Of a stretch of 32,000 nt of DNA, positions 20,092 to 28,891 are shown piece after piece. The notes under the pieces were generated by a model that worked only from the letters and a program-made list of their open reading frames with translations, ran no database searches and had not been told where the DNA came from. The DNA is from Idiomarina loihiensis L2TR (GTDB lineage: Bacteria; Pseudomonadota; Gammaproteobacteria; Enterobacterales; Alteromonadaceae). Numbering within the stretch: position 1 is the stretch's first letter; every line of letters starts with the position of its first letter. Location: positions 2,610,001-2,642,000 of the forward strand of contig NC_006512.1 in the NCBI RefSeq assembly GCF_000008465.1, written 5' to 3'. The translations under genes and the position numbers were made by a program.

Positions 20092-21442
20092 ACAGGATGA
20101 ACCGGCTTAAGTCTTCGTCCTGTGACAGCTCACCGACATGTTCATTCACGTAGTCGGCATCAATAACCAGTTTCTCACCGCTGTGGTCAGTGGCATGGAA
20201 CGAAATTTCTTCCATTAAACGCTCCAGCACCGTATGTAAGCGACGCGCACCAATATTTTCTGTGGTTTCGTTTACATGGAAGGCCACTTCAGCAATGCGC
20301 TGGATACCTTCTTCAGTAAAGCTTACCTCTACGCCTTCAGTGTTCAGCAGAGCATGATACTGAGTGGTCAGCGACGCGCTTGGCTCTGTCAGAATGCGAA
20401 CAAAGTCACCACTAGTCAGTGCTTCCAACTCAACCCGAATAGGCAAACGCCCCTGTAATTCAGGGATAAGGTCTGACGGCTTGCTCATCTGGAATGCACC
20501 AGAAGCAATAAACAGAATATGATCGGTTTTTATCATACCATGCTTGGTATTCACCGTGGTTCCTTCAACCAAAGGCAGTAAATCGCGCTGTACACCTTCG
20601 CGGGAAACGTCTGGCCCGCTGGTATCACCACGCTTACAAATTTTGTCAATTTCATCTAAAAAGACAATGCCGTTCTGCTCAACCGACTCAATAGCGGCTT
20701 CTTTAACGTCGTCAGGATTCAGCAGCTTTGCCGCTTCCTCATCAACCAATTGTTTGTAAGCGTCTTTAATGCGCATTTTGCGCGCCTTGGTCTTATCGCT
20801 GCCCATGTTCTGGAACATGTTCTGCAATTGCGACGTCATTTCTTCCATTCCCGGCGGCGCCATAATTTCAACACCCATTTGCGGCATGGCTAAATCAATT
20901 TCTATTTCTTTGTCGTCCAGCTGGCCTTCACGCAATTTCTTACGGAATACCTGACGCGTGCCACGTTGGTCATCGTTTTCCGGCGTCTCTTCCTGTTGCT
21001 GAGCCCAACCAGAAGAAGACGTCTTAGCTGGTGGCAGCAGTACATCCAGAATACGCTCTTCCGCCGCTTCTTCAGCGCGGTAACGTACCTTCTGCATCAT
21101 TTCTTCGCGCGTTTGTTTCACAGCAACGTCGGTTAAATCCTTAATAATGGATTCAATTTCTTTACCCACATAACCCACTTCTGTGAACTTAGTCGCTTCA
21201 ACTTTAATAAAAGGCGCTCTCGCTAATTTAGCCAGCCGACGGGCAATTTCCGTTTTGCCCACACCGGTAGGACCTATCATTAAGATATTCTTAGGTGTTA
21301 CTTCCTGACGCAGCTCGTCATCCAGCTGCATCCGGCGCCAGCGATTACGCAAAGCAACAGCGACAGCGCGTTTGGCTTTATCCTGACCAATAATATGTCG
21401 GTTTAATTCGTCTACAATTTCTCTTGGGGTCATCTCAGACAT
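20090..21442 (-). CDS. hslU: ATP-dependent protease ATPase subunit HslU
   Basis: From [20 protein letters not shown] the ORF aligns to HslU, with Walker [16 protein letters not shown]. The ORF-track N-terminal extension (to 21538) would overlap hslV, so I trimmed the start to the ATG at 21442, 1 nt after the hslV stop. Confidence 0.95.
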   Translation of the reverse strand: MSEMTPREIVDELNRHIIGQDKAKRAVAVALRNRWRRMQLDDELRQEVTPKNILMIGPTGVGKTEIARRLAKLARAPFIKVEATKFTEVGYVGKEIESIIKDLTDVAVKQTREEMMQKVRYRAEEAAEERILDVLLPPAKTSSSGWAQQQEETPENDDQRGTRQVFRKKLREGQLDDKEIEIDLAMPQMGVEIMAPPGMEEMTSQLQNMFQNMGSDKTKARKMRIKDAYKQLVDEEAAKLLNPDDVKEAAIESVEQNGIVFLDEIDKICKRGDTSGPDVSREGVQRDLLPLVEGTTVNTKHGMIKTDHILFIASGAFQMSKPSDLIPELQGRLPIRVELEALTSGDFVRILTEPSASLTTQYHALLNTEGVEVSFTEEGIQRIAEVAFHVNETTENIGARRLHTVLERLMEEISFHATDHSGEKLVIDADYVNEHVGELSQDEDLSRFIL

Positions 21443-21443
21443 C

Positions 21444-22001
21444 TTATTTTTTCCCCTGCTTCGTTTTGTCTTCAGCAATAGACTCTTCTTCTTCAATGGT
21501 CTGGTTGCCGTTGGTATACACGCAAATATCGCCTGCAATGGTCAGTGCTTTTTGCACAATGTCGCGGGCATTTAAGTCAGTATTTTCCAGCAAAGCTCTT
21601 GCTGCCGACTGCGCAAACGGCCCACCGGAGCCAATCGCGATCAAGTCGTTTTCCGGCTGCACGACATCGCCATTACCGGTAATAATTAATGACGTTTCTT
21701 TGTCAGCAACCGCAAGCAATGCCTCCAGTCGGCGCAAAGCACGGTCGGTACGCCAGTCTTTTGCCAGCTCCACAGCCGCACGCATCAGGTTCCCCTGATG
21801 TTGCTCAAGTTTGGATTCAAAACGTTCGAATAGTGTGAAAGCGTCAGCGGTGCCACCGGCAAAACCTGCCAGCACTTTATCGTGGTATAGACGACGCACT
21901 TTGCGCGCGTTGCCTTTCATTACGGTATTACCCAGAGAAACCTGGCCATCACCGCCAATAACAACTTTATCGCCGCGGCGAACAGATACGATAGTAGTCA
22001 A
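21444..22001 (-). CDS. hslV: ATP-dependent protease subunit HslV
   Basis: It begins MTTIVSVRR with the Thr2 nucleophile and contains [23 protein letters not shown]. Confidence 0.95.
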   Translation of the reverse strand: MTTIVSVRRGDKVVIGGDGQVSLGNTVMKGNARKVRRLYHDKVLAGFAGGTADAFTLFERFESKLEQHQGNLMRAAVELAKDWRTDRALRRLEALLAVADKETSLIITGNGDVVQPENDLIAIGSGGPFAQSAARALLENTDLNARDIVQKALTIAGDICVYTNGNQTIEEEESIAEDKTKQGKK

Positions 22002-22043
22002 ATCAAGACCCTCTTTTTTGTCTTAGTGACATCGATGACAAGT

Positions 22044-22072
22044 ATTTGAGGGTCTATATCGTATTTTTCAAT
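22044..22072 (-). promoter_or_regulatory. Sigma-32 (heat-shock)-like promoter for hslVU
   Basis: The minus strand reads ATTGAAA (22072-22066), N13, CCCTCAAAT (22052-22044). The consensus is CTTGAAA-N13/14-CCCCATNT. It lies about 45 nt upstream of the hslV ATG. Confidence 0.5.
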
Positions 22073-22084
22073 GGTGAATGTCGA

Positions 22085-22651
22085 CTAATCGATATTCCAG
22101 TTCCAGATTGCGCAGCCAAACACCTGATTACGCTGCAATTTATGGCGATCACGTTCGGCATCGCGTTTGGTTTCATAAGGCCCCAGAATGACTCGGTACC
22201 AAAGCCCATTACTGCCTTCAGTCGAGCGCACCTGAGATTCCAGCCCCGCCATCGCAATTTGTGCACGCAACCTTTCGGCGTCCTCCTGCTGACGGAAAGA
22301 GCCACATTGCATGAGTTTCGGTGGACCCACTTCACGTTCCGGCACATCCACTTCTACTTCTTTACTTCTTAACTCTTCAATATAACGCCAGCGCTCAGCC
22401 GATTTTTTCGGCAATAAATCCGCCGGAGGTGGTTGCACCTGCGGCTGTTCAACCTGTTCAGACTTACCACTAATTTGCACCAGAATATAGGTAAAGAAAG
22501 CAATGAGACCAATGGCAACAGCGACCACAAACCAGGGCACCGGTTTTCGCTCAGCAACCGGTTTTGCGCCGCGTTGCTGTTTTTTATTGGTTCCTTTTTT
22601 CTTAGTCGGCTTACGTTTCGGCGACTTTGGCTTACGATTCGCGTAATCCAT
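22085..22651 (-). CDS. ftsN: FtsN-like cell-division protein with a C-terminal SPOR domain
   Basis: It has a basic N-terminus, a single TM (WFVVAVAIGLIAFFTYILV), a Pro/Gln linker and a SPOR domain (LMQCGSFRQQEDAERLRAQIAMAGL...WYRVILGPY). It sits upstream of hslVU, as in E. coli. Confidence 0.75.
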   Translation of the reverse strand: MDYANRKPKSPKRKPTKKKGTNKKQQRGAKPVAERKPVPWFVVAVAIGLIAFFTYILVQISGKSEQVEQPQVQPPPADLLPKKSAERWRYIEELRSKEVEVDVPEREVGPPKLMQCGSFRQQEDAERLRAQIAMAGLESQVRSTEGSNGLWYRVILGPYETKRDAERDRHKLQRNQVFGCAIWNWNID

Positions 22652-22657
22652 AGTGCG

Positions 22658-24400
22658 TTACATTTTCTCCAGAGTTGGAATGCCCAGCAATTCCAGACCT
22701 TGCTTCAGCACATTAGCCGTTAACATCGACAATTTCAGGCGGCTGTTACGAAGCGCTTCGTCTTCCTGGTTCAAAATTGGGCAGGCTTCGTAAAAACTGG
22801 AGAAGCGACCGGCCAAATCAAACAGAAAACCACATAAGAAATGCGGCATCGCTTTATCCTGAACCTGATGCAGTACTTCGTTAAAACGGACCAACTGATT
22901 CGCTAGCGCCAGCTCGCGCTCATCACTCAGAATAATATCTGCGTTACGGTCAAAGGCGGTGTCGCCTAAACGGTCAAAAATACTGTTCACGCGGGTGAAA
23001 GCATAAAGCAGGTAAGGTGCAGTGTTGCCTTCAAAAGTCAGCATGTGGTTCCAGTCGAAAACGTAGTCGCTGGTACGGTTTTTCGATAAGTCCGCGTATT
23101 TAACTGAGCTAATACCCACTACTTCAGCAACTCGTTTCTGCTGCTCTTCGCTAAGGTCGGTAGTTTTTTGCTGCAATAGTTCCAGCGCACGGCGTTCGGC
23201 TTCATCCAGTAAGTCAGCCAGCTTGGTTACGCCGCCGTCACGACTTTTATAAGGTTTACCGTCTTTGCCCATTACTGTACCAAAACCGTAATGGTTCAGC
23301 TGTATATCGCCTTCCACAAAACCGGCTTTGCGCGCCAGCGTAAAAATTTGGTCAAAATGCAGTGCCTGACGGGCATCCACAAAGTACATCAAATGGTCGC
23401 CGCCCAGTTCTTTCTGACGGTACTCAATGGCGGCTAAGTCGGTAGTGGCATAAAGATAACCCCCACCTTTTTTCTGCACAATAATTGGCAGCGGCTCGCC
23501 TTCTTTGCCTTTGTATTCTTCAAGGAACACACATTGTGCCCCCTGATCTTCCGTCAACAGGCCTTTTTCTCGCAGGTGCTCAATAACACCCGGTAACTTG
23601 TCGTTGTAGGCGCTTTCAGCCATCACATCGTCACGAGTCAGTTTAACGCCTAAACGGTCGTAAACGTCCTGACAATGGCTCAATGACACATCAATAAACT
23701 GGTTCCACAGCTTCAGGCAGTATTCGTCGCCCGACTGCAGTTTTACGACTAGCTGACGTGCACGGTCAGCAAACTCTTCGCTTTCGTCAAAACGTTGCTT
23801 GGCGGCTTTATAGAAAGTCTCCAGGTTGCTCAGCTCATATTCAGCAGACTGATTATCCAGCGCTTCCATGTACGCTAAGAGCATGCCGAACTGCGTGCCC
23901 CAGTCGCCCACGTGGTTCTGGCGAATCACTTTGTGCCCTAAAAATTCACACACACGGGACACGGCATCGCCAATAATGGCTGAACGTAAATGGCCTACGT
24001 GCATTTCTTTGGCCAGGTTAGGCGACGAGTAGTCAATAACAATGGTTTTGCTTTCTTCTGCCACATCCACGTTCAGGCTGTCGCTGTTAAGCATTGCGGT
24101 TAGCTGGTCTTTCAGCTGGTCCTGCGAAATGGTGAAGTTAATAAAGCCGGGACCCGCAATGTCCATTTTTGACAGTAAAGAGTTTTCCGGAACCGCGGCA
24201 ACAATGGCTTCTGCCAACTGACGCGGATTCGATTTCGCAGGCTTTGCCAGCATTAATGCCAGGTTTGTCGCAAAGTCACCGTGAGACTTATCGCGGGGTC
24301 GGTCCAACTGAATGTTTACTGAATGATCCGCCGGAATTGTGCCCTGTGCTTTAAGTTGACCAATGGCTTCGGCCAGTAACTGTTCAAGTTGTTCTTTCAT
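22658..24400 (-). CDS. argS: Arginine--tRNA ligase
   Basis: 580-aa class-I aaRS with a HIGH-type motif ([14 protein letters not shown]) and ArgRS similarity along its length. Confidence 0.97.
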   Translation of the reverse strand: MKEQLEQLLAEAIGQLKAQGTIPADHSVNIQLDRPRDKSHGDFATNLALMLAKPAKSNPRQLAEAIVAAVPENSLLSKMDIAGPGFINFTISQDQLKDQLTAMLNSDSLNVDVAEESKTIVIDYSSPNLAKEMHVGHLRSAIIGDAVSRVCEFLGHKVIRQNHVGDWGTQFGMLLAYMEALDNQSAEYELSNLETFYKAAKQRFDESEEFADRARQLVVKLQSGDEYCLKLWNQFIDVSLSHCQDVYDRLGVKLTRDDVMAESAYNDKLPGVIEHLREKGLLTEDQGAQCVFLEEYKGKEGEPLPIIVQKKGGGYLYATTDLAAIEYRQKELGGDHLMYFVDARQALHFDQIFTLARKAGFVEGDIQLNHYGFGTVMGKDGKPYKSRDGGVTKLADLLDEAERRALELLQQKTTDLSEEQQKRVAEVVGISSVKYADLSKNRTSDYVFDWNHMLTFEGNTAPYLLYAFTRVNSIFDRLGDTAFDRNADIILSDERELALANQLVRFNEVLHQVQDKAMPHFLCGFLFDLAGRFSSFYEACPILNQEDEALRNSRLKLSMLTANVLKQGLELLGIPTLEKM

Positions 24401-24492
24401 TAATGCGACTACCTGTATGAAAAATCGAAGAGGAAATTCAAAGCGCTTAGTTTAATCGCTACGCTCGATAAAAAAAACCGCTTAGTTGTTAA

Positions 24493-26703
24493 TCAGCTGA
24501 AGTCTTGTGGATCAATGTCCAGTGACCAGCGCACTTTTTTCAATAACGGCAAGGCGTTAATCTGCGGCAACAAGTGTTCGATAAGCTGAAAACGCAATTT
24601 ACGTGACTGACAATGTAACAGTAATTGATAGCGGTAACGACCAGCTTTACGCTCCATTAAAGCTGGCATCGGCCCCAGTAAAAACGCACCTTCCACCTGC
24701 GGCATTAACTGCTGAATTTGGGTCATAGCCTGTACCACCGAGTCTCTGTCGGTTGCTTCGCCACGGAACAACGCCAAATAAGAGAACGGCGGCAGCTCGC
24801 TTTGCTGGCGTTCGGCTAAAGCCGTCAACGCGAAATGTGAATAACCGTTGTTGAGTAAGTCCTGAATTAAGTCGTGTTCCGGATGATGGGTTTGCAGCAC
24901 CACCTTGCCGGCTTTGTGCTCCCGCCCGGCGCGCCCCGCTACCTGAGTATAAAGCTGGCCTAAACGCTCTGCTGCCCGGAAATCCGCACTGTAAAGCGCA
25001 CCATCAACATCCAACAGCGCCACCAGAGTGACATGGGGAAAGTGATGGCCTTTTGCCAGCATCTGCGTGCCGACCAGCAGCGGATACTCATTGTTGGTGG
25101 CCTTTTGCAGGTAATCATCCAGTTGGCCTTTACGGCGGGTGGAGTCCCGGTCAATGCGCAGCACTCCACGACCCGGAAACATCTCCTTCAGGCTGTGCTC
25201 TAACTGCTCGGTACCCACACCATGTGAAATTAAGTGCGTGGAGCCGCAGGAACCGCACTGCTTAGGTATTCGCTGCTGACTACCGCAATGATGACACTGC
25301 AACTGGTGATGAGCTTTATGTACGGTGTAATAAGCGTCACAACGATGACACTGCGCCAGCCAGCCACATTCATGACACATTAACGCCGGTGCAAAACCGC
25401 GACGGTTAAGAAACAGCAATACCTGATTACCGCGTTCAATTTCTACCTGAATCTGTTCCTGCAACGCTTTGGAAACACCGGCTTTAATGGGCTGCTGCTT
25501 CAGGTCAATAAGCTCGTGTTTAACCATTTGCGCACCACCAGCTCGCTGCCCCAGCTTAAGCCAGTGAAAACGCTTGCTGACCGCGTTATTCAGCGTTTCC
25601 AGCGAGGCCGTTGCACTACCCAGTACCAGCGGAATATTCAGTAAAGACGCCCGTTTAATGGCAATATCCCGAGCGTGGTAGCGAAAGCCGTCCTGTTGCT
25701 TGTAAGACAAGTCATGTTCTTCATCGACCACGATAAGTCCGAGCTTCTGGCAGGGTGTGAACACCGCCGAACGGGTACCGATAATGATTGCCGCATGTCC
25801 GTGCTTCGCGTCCAGCCAGGTATTCAAACGTTCTCTGTCACTCATACCGGAGTGCAGCATGACCACCGGCGCGTCAAAACGCTCTTTAAAGCGCTGTAAA
25901 GTCTGTGGAGTCAGGCCTATTTCCGGTACCAGCACCAACACCTGCTCTCCACGCTCCAGCACCGGTTCCATGGCTTGCAAATACACTTCGGTTTTGCCAC
26001 TACCAGTAACCCCTTCCAGCAACAACGTACTGTGCTTCTGCTGTTGGTTAATGGTCGAAACCGCCACTGCCTGCTCGGTATTTAGTGCATGCCCCTGCTC
26101 TTTTAGCACCGATGACTGCTTTTGCCAGCCCTGATTCTTAGTCGGTGCCTGCTCGCGCACTTCAATCCAGCCTTTATCCTGTAAGGTACGAAGCACGGCT
26201 GAGGTGACGCCTATATCGGTCAAGTCGCTGCGCCTGAGCGGCTGATATTTAAGCGCCGCCAGCACCTGCTGCTGTCTTGCAGCCCCTTTTAAATCATTAA
26301 TGGACTGCGCCCGGCCTAAGTCGGTCAACGCATAAAAAGTTTCGGTCAGATATTCCGGCGCATCGCCTTTGCGCAACAGAACCGGCAGGCTATTAGCGGC
26401 TACATCCCCCAATGAATGATGGTAGTAGTCGGAAGACCAGCGCACCAGCTGCCAGATATCATCCGGCCACAGTCGCTGCTCATCGAGAACCGAAGCAACC
26501 GACTTCAGTTCAAATGTTGGCGGTTCGTCACTGGCTTCGGCAACCACGTAACCCACTAGCTGACGCTGGCCAAAAGGCACGCGCACGCGGACTCCCTGCG
26601 GCAGTGGCTCGGCACTTTTGCACAGATAATCATAGGTTTGTCGAAGAGGTAGCGGCAGTGCGACTTTATAACGTCGTTCGCTACCGGTGCTGGCTTGCTT
26701 CAT
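24493..26703 (-). CDS. priA: Primosomal replication-restart helicase PriA
   Basis: 736-aa ORF with Walker A GVTGSGKTEVY, DEEH and a Cys-rich zinc-binding insert (CHECGW..CHRCD..CHHCG..CGSCG). Confidence 0.95.
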   Translation of the reverse strand: MKQASTGSERRYKVALPLPLRQTYDYLCKSAEPLPQGVRVRVPFGQRQLVGYVVAEASDEPPTFELKSVASVLDEQRLWPDDIWQLVRWSSDYYHHSLGDVAANSLPVLLRKGDAPEYLTETFYALTDLGRAQSINDLKGAARQQQVLAALKYQPLRRSDLTDIGVTSAVLRTLQDKGWIEVREQAPTKNQGWQKQSSVLKEQGHALNTEQAVAVSTINQQQKHSTLLLEGVTGSGKTEVYLQAMEPVLERGEQVLVLVPEIGLTPQTLQRFKERFDAPVVMLHSGMSDRERLNTWLDAKHGHAAIIIGTRSAVFTPCQKLGLIVVDEEHDLSYKQQDGFRYHARDIAIKRASLLNIPLVLGSATASLETLNNAVSKRFHWLKLGQRAGGAQMVKHELIDLKQQPIKAGVSKALQEQIQVEIERGNQVLLFLNRRGFAPALMCHECGWLAQCHRCDAYYTVHKAHHQLQCHHCGSQQRIPKQCGSCGSTHLISHGVGTEQLEHSLKEMFPGRGVLRIDRDSTRRKGQLDDYLQKATNNEYPLLVGTQMLAKGHHFPHVTLVALLDVDGALYSADFRAAERLGQLYTQVAGRAGREHKAGKVVLQTHHPEHDLIQDLLNNGYSHFALTALAERQQSELPPFSYLALFRGEATDRDSVVQAMTQIQQLMPQVEGAFLLGPMPALMERKAGRYRYQLLLHCQSRKLRFQLIEHLLPQINALPLLKKVRWSLDIDPQDFS

Positions 26704-26870
26704 GGCTCTATTCTGGAACGCTACCGCGCAGAATACAAGGCAGCAGATTCTACTTGATCACAGGCTCAGGATCACATAAAATGCGCGGCTCTTAATTCAT
26801 TGATGTTTTTTTGCGCATGGTGTTCGGCTTTGGATCGAATGGCGATGCGGCCCATAACTGAGGTAACCCC

Positions 26871-27089
26871 ATGAAACAAGGTATTCATCCTAAGTACGAG
26901 ACTTTAAAAGTCAGCTGTTCTTGCGGTCACACGTTCGAAACGCGTTCAACCCGCTCAGAAGATCTTCACCTGGACGTCTGTTCAGAGTGCCACCCGTTCT
27001 ACACTGGTAAGCAACGTGTAATGGACACTGGTGGTCGTGTTGATAAATTTAAGAAGCGTTTTGGTGCTCTGGGCAAGAAAGACTCCTAA
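26871..27089 (+). CDS. rpmE: 50S ribosomal protein L31 (zinc-binding type A)
   Basis: 72-aa ORF starting MKQGIHPKY, with the CxC...CxxC motif (CSCGH...[12 protein letters not shown]). Confidence 0.97.
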   Translation: MKQGIHPKYETLKVSCSCGHTFETRSTRSEDLHLDVCSECHPFYTGKQRVMDTGGRVDKFKKRFGALGKKDS

Positions 27090-27132
27090 GAAAACCTATA
27101 GAAAACGCTGCTTAATAGCAGATCTTAAGAGA

Positions 27133-27158
27133 AAGGCGCTAAACAGCGCCTTTTTTTG
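27133..27158 (+). terminator. Intrinsic terminator of rpmE
   Basis: The stem is AGGCGCT/AGCGCCT with loop AAAC, followed by TTTTTTT. Confidence 0.8.
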
Positions 27159-27330
27159 TGCCCGCTTGCCTAAACCTCCTATTGTTAACGAAAAGTTAAC
27201 TGGTGTACTTTTGAACACTCATTAAATTTAGTTCTCGTCATTCGGCATAAAGACGGAGGTAAGATTTGTTTCTTAGCATAAAAGCGATAGACTGACTGGC
27301 ATTCTGATAACCAGACTCAGGTATCACCGC

Positions 27331-28575
27331 ATGACAGATTTTCGCCAACAGGCACTGGATTACCACGAATACCCGACCCCGGGTAAAATTTCGGTTGAAC
27401 TCACCACTCCCGCAGAAACCAGCAAAGATTTAGCTTTGGCCTACAGTCCGGGCGTCGCAGAGCCGGTTAGGGAAATTGCTCAGGACCCGGACGCGGCTTA
27501 CCGTTATACGGCCAAAGGCAATATGGTTGCGGTTATTACTAACGGAACTGCCATTCTTGGCTTAGGAAACCTGGGACCGCTGGCATCAAAACCGGTCATG
27601 GAAGGTAAAGCTCTTCTATTTAAACGCTTCGCCGGACTCGACTCTATTGATATTGAAGTGAATCATCGTACTACTCAGGACTTTATCAATACCGTTGCTA
27701 ACATTGCCGATACCTTTGGTGGTATTAACTTAGAAGACATTAAAGCCCCTGAGTGCTTTGAAATTGAACAAGCCTTAATAGAGCGCTGCAATGTACCGGT
27801 ATTCCATGATGATCAGCACGGTACTGCCATTGTGACGGCCGCCGGTATGCTGAATGCGTTAGAAATTCAGGGTAAAAACCTGGCAGAATCTCGCATTGTT
27901 TGCCTTGGTGCCGGTGCTGCCGCCATTGCCTGTATGGAGCTTTTAATTAAATGTGGCGCACAACGCGAGCACATTTATATGCTCGACTCAAAAGGCGTTA
28001 TTCACACCCGTCGCGATGACTTAAACGAATACAAACAGCTGTTTGCCAACAATACTGACAAACGTACGCTAAAAGACGTTATTGAAGGTGCCGATATCTT
28101 TGTTGGGGTTTCAGGACCAAACTTACTCAGCGCAGAAGAGCTAAAACTTATGGCACCTAACCCGGTTCTGTTTGCCTGCTCTAACCCAGACCCGGAGATT
28201 AAGCCGGAAACCGCTATGGCCGCACGTGATGACCTGATTATGGGCACCGGACGCTCAGACTACCCGAACCAGGTGAACAACGTTTTATGCTTCCCGTTTA
28301 TGTTCCGCGGTGCATTAGATGTGCGTGCTACTGCGATTAACGACGAAATGAAAGTTGCAGCAGTGGAAGCTATTCGTCAGCTGGCGAAAGAGCCAGTGCC
28401 GGAATCGGTATTGAAAGCGGCCGGTGTCAAAGAATTAACCTTCGGCCGTGATTATATTATTCCTAAGCCAATTGACCCGCGCTTGTGTCCACGCGTATCG
28501 CGCGCCGTTGCCGAAGCCGCGGTGAAGTCCGGCGCAGCTAAAATCGATTTACCAAAAAATTATATGCAGGATTAA
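27331..28575 (+). CDS. NAD(P)-dependent malic enzyme, short form (no C-terminal phosphotransacetylase-like domain)
   Basis: 414-aa ORF with [33 protein letters not shown] and GAGAAAIA motifs of MaeB-type malic enzymes. Confidence 0.9.
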   Translation: MTDFRQQALDYHEYPTPGKISVELTTPAETSKDLALAYSPGVAEPVREIAQDPDAAYRYTAKGNMVAVITNGTAILGLGNLGPLASKPVMEGKALLFKRFAGLDSIDIEVNHRTTQDFINTVANIADTFGGINLEDIKAPECFEIEQALIERCNVPVFHDDQHGTAIVTAAGMLNALEIQGKNLAESRIVCLGAGAAAIACMELLIKCGAQREHIYMLDSKGVIHTRRDDLNEYKQLFANNTDKRTLKDVIEGADIFVGVSGPNLLSAEELKLMAPNPVLFACSNPDPEIKPETAMAARDDLIMGTGRSDYPNQVNNVLCFPFMFRGALDVRATAINDEMKVAAVEAIRQLAKEPVPESVLKAAGVKELTFGRDYIIPKPIDPRLCPRVSRAVAEAAVKSGAAKIDLPKNYMQD

Positions 28576-28596
28576 TCACGTAGCCTGACATTTATG

Positions 28597-28812
28597 TCAG
28601 GTGAGGTGCCATTCCTGACGTGAACGTCATATATGGTCCCCTCCCGTTTTGCAACGGCAACTCGTGGTAAATGTCGGGGCGCTCGCATATATACGGCCTG
28701 TTTATGGTGCGCGCTTTGCGCACCTGGCCTGGATGAACTCCGCACGACAACTGGCTTATCAGGCTAACGTACTTTATGTACGGACGTTCAACAGTCTCAG
28801 TTGTCGTCGGTT
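28597..28812 (-). ncRNA. Candidate recombinase-associated guide RNA (bridge RNA / seekRNA-like) encoded in the 3' arm of the IS
   Basis: An extended -10 promoter lies just upstream. The region contains consecutive stem/internal-loop/hairpin modules (28744-28807; 28695-28729), hairpins at 28644-28657 and 28616-28629, and segments identical to the insertion site in unpaired positions. The only ORF here is a TTG-start 70-aa ORF on the opposite strand. Structure was judged by eye only, and the ends are approximate. Confidence 0.45.
28633..28645. repeat. Subterminal inverted repeat copy 1, ATGGTCCCCTCCC (inside the 3' arm, 36 nt from the element end)
   Basis: It is the perfect reverse complement of 29993-30005. 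Confidence 0.9.
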
Positions 28813-28818
28813 TACCCT

Positions 28819-28845
28819 ATTTTACCATCCTGTTGACGTTTGCAA
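28819..28845 (-). promoter_or_regulatory. Candidate sigma-70 extended -10 promoter inside the IS 3' arm
   Basis: The minus strand reads TTGCAA (28845-28840), 15 nt, TGGTAAAAT (28827-19; TGn + TAAAAT). The predicted start near 28812 is just 5' of the first long stem. Confidence 0.35.
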
Positions 28846-28891
28846 CTCCCGGAAGGAATGAACCTTCGCTGTGCTCTTTTACTGAATGCTG

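Noticed and set aside
21443-21538. N-terminal 32-aa extension of the hslU ORF in the track
   Set aside because: It would overlap the hslV 3' end by 95 nt. Homology to HslU begins at MSEMTPREI (ATG 21442), which sits 1 nt after the hslV stop.
22046-22372. 108-aa (+) and 97-aa (-) ORFs overlapping the ftsN-like gene
   Set aside because: These are other-frame or antisense ORFs inside a gene with clear SPOR-domain homology, and they have no independent support.
26826-26850. GGATCGAAT, resembling a tRNA T-loop, upstream of rpmE
   Set aside because: There is no flanking T-stem, acceptor stem or anticodon arm. It sits in the rpmE promoter/leader.
27186-27202. GTTAAC-N5-GTTAAC motif upstream of the malic-enzyme gene
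   Set aside because: It could be an operator, but it is a short AT-rich repeat with no identifiable cognate regulator nearby, so the evidence is insufficient.
28591-28778. Three copies of TTTATG, considered as a possible repeat array
   Set aside because: They are too short and irregularly spaced for CRISPR or tandem repeats. I interpret them instead in the context of the IS target and guide similarity (see findings).
28649-28861. 70-aa plus-strand ORF (TTG start) inside the IS 3' arm
   Set aside because: It has a non-canonical start, no SD and no recognisable protein features. It coincides exactly with the stem-loop-rich region that is better explained as RNA structure.
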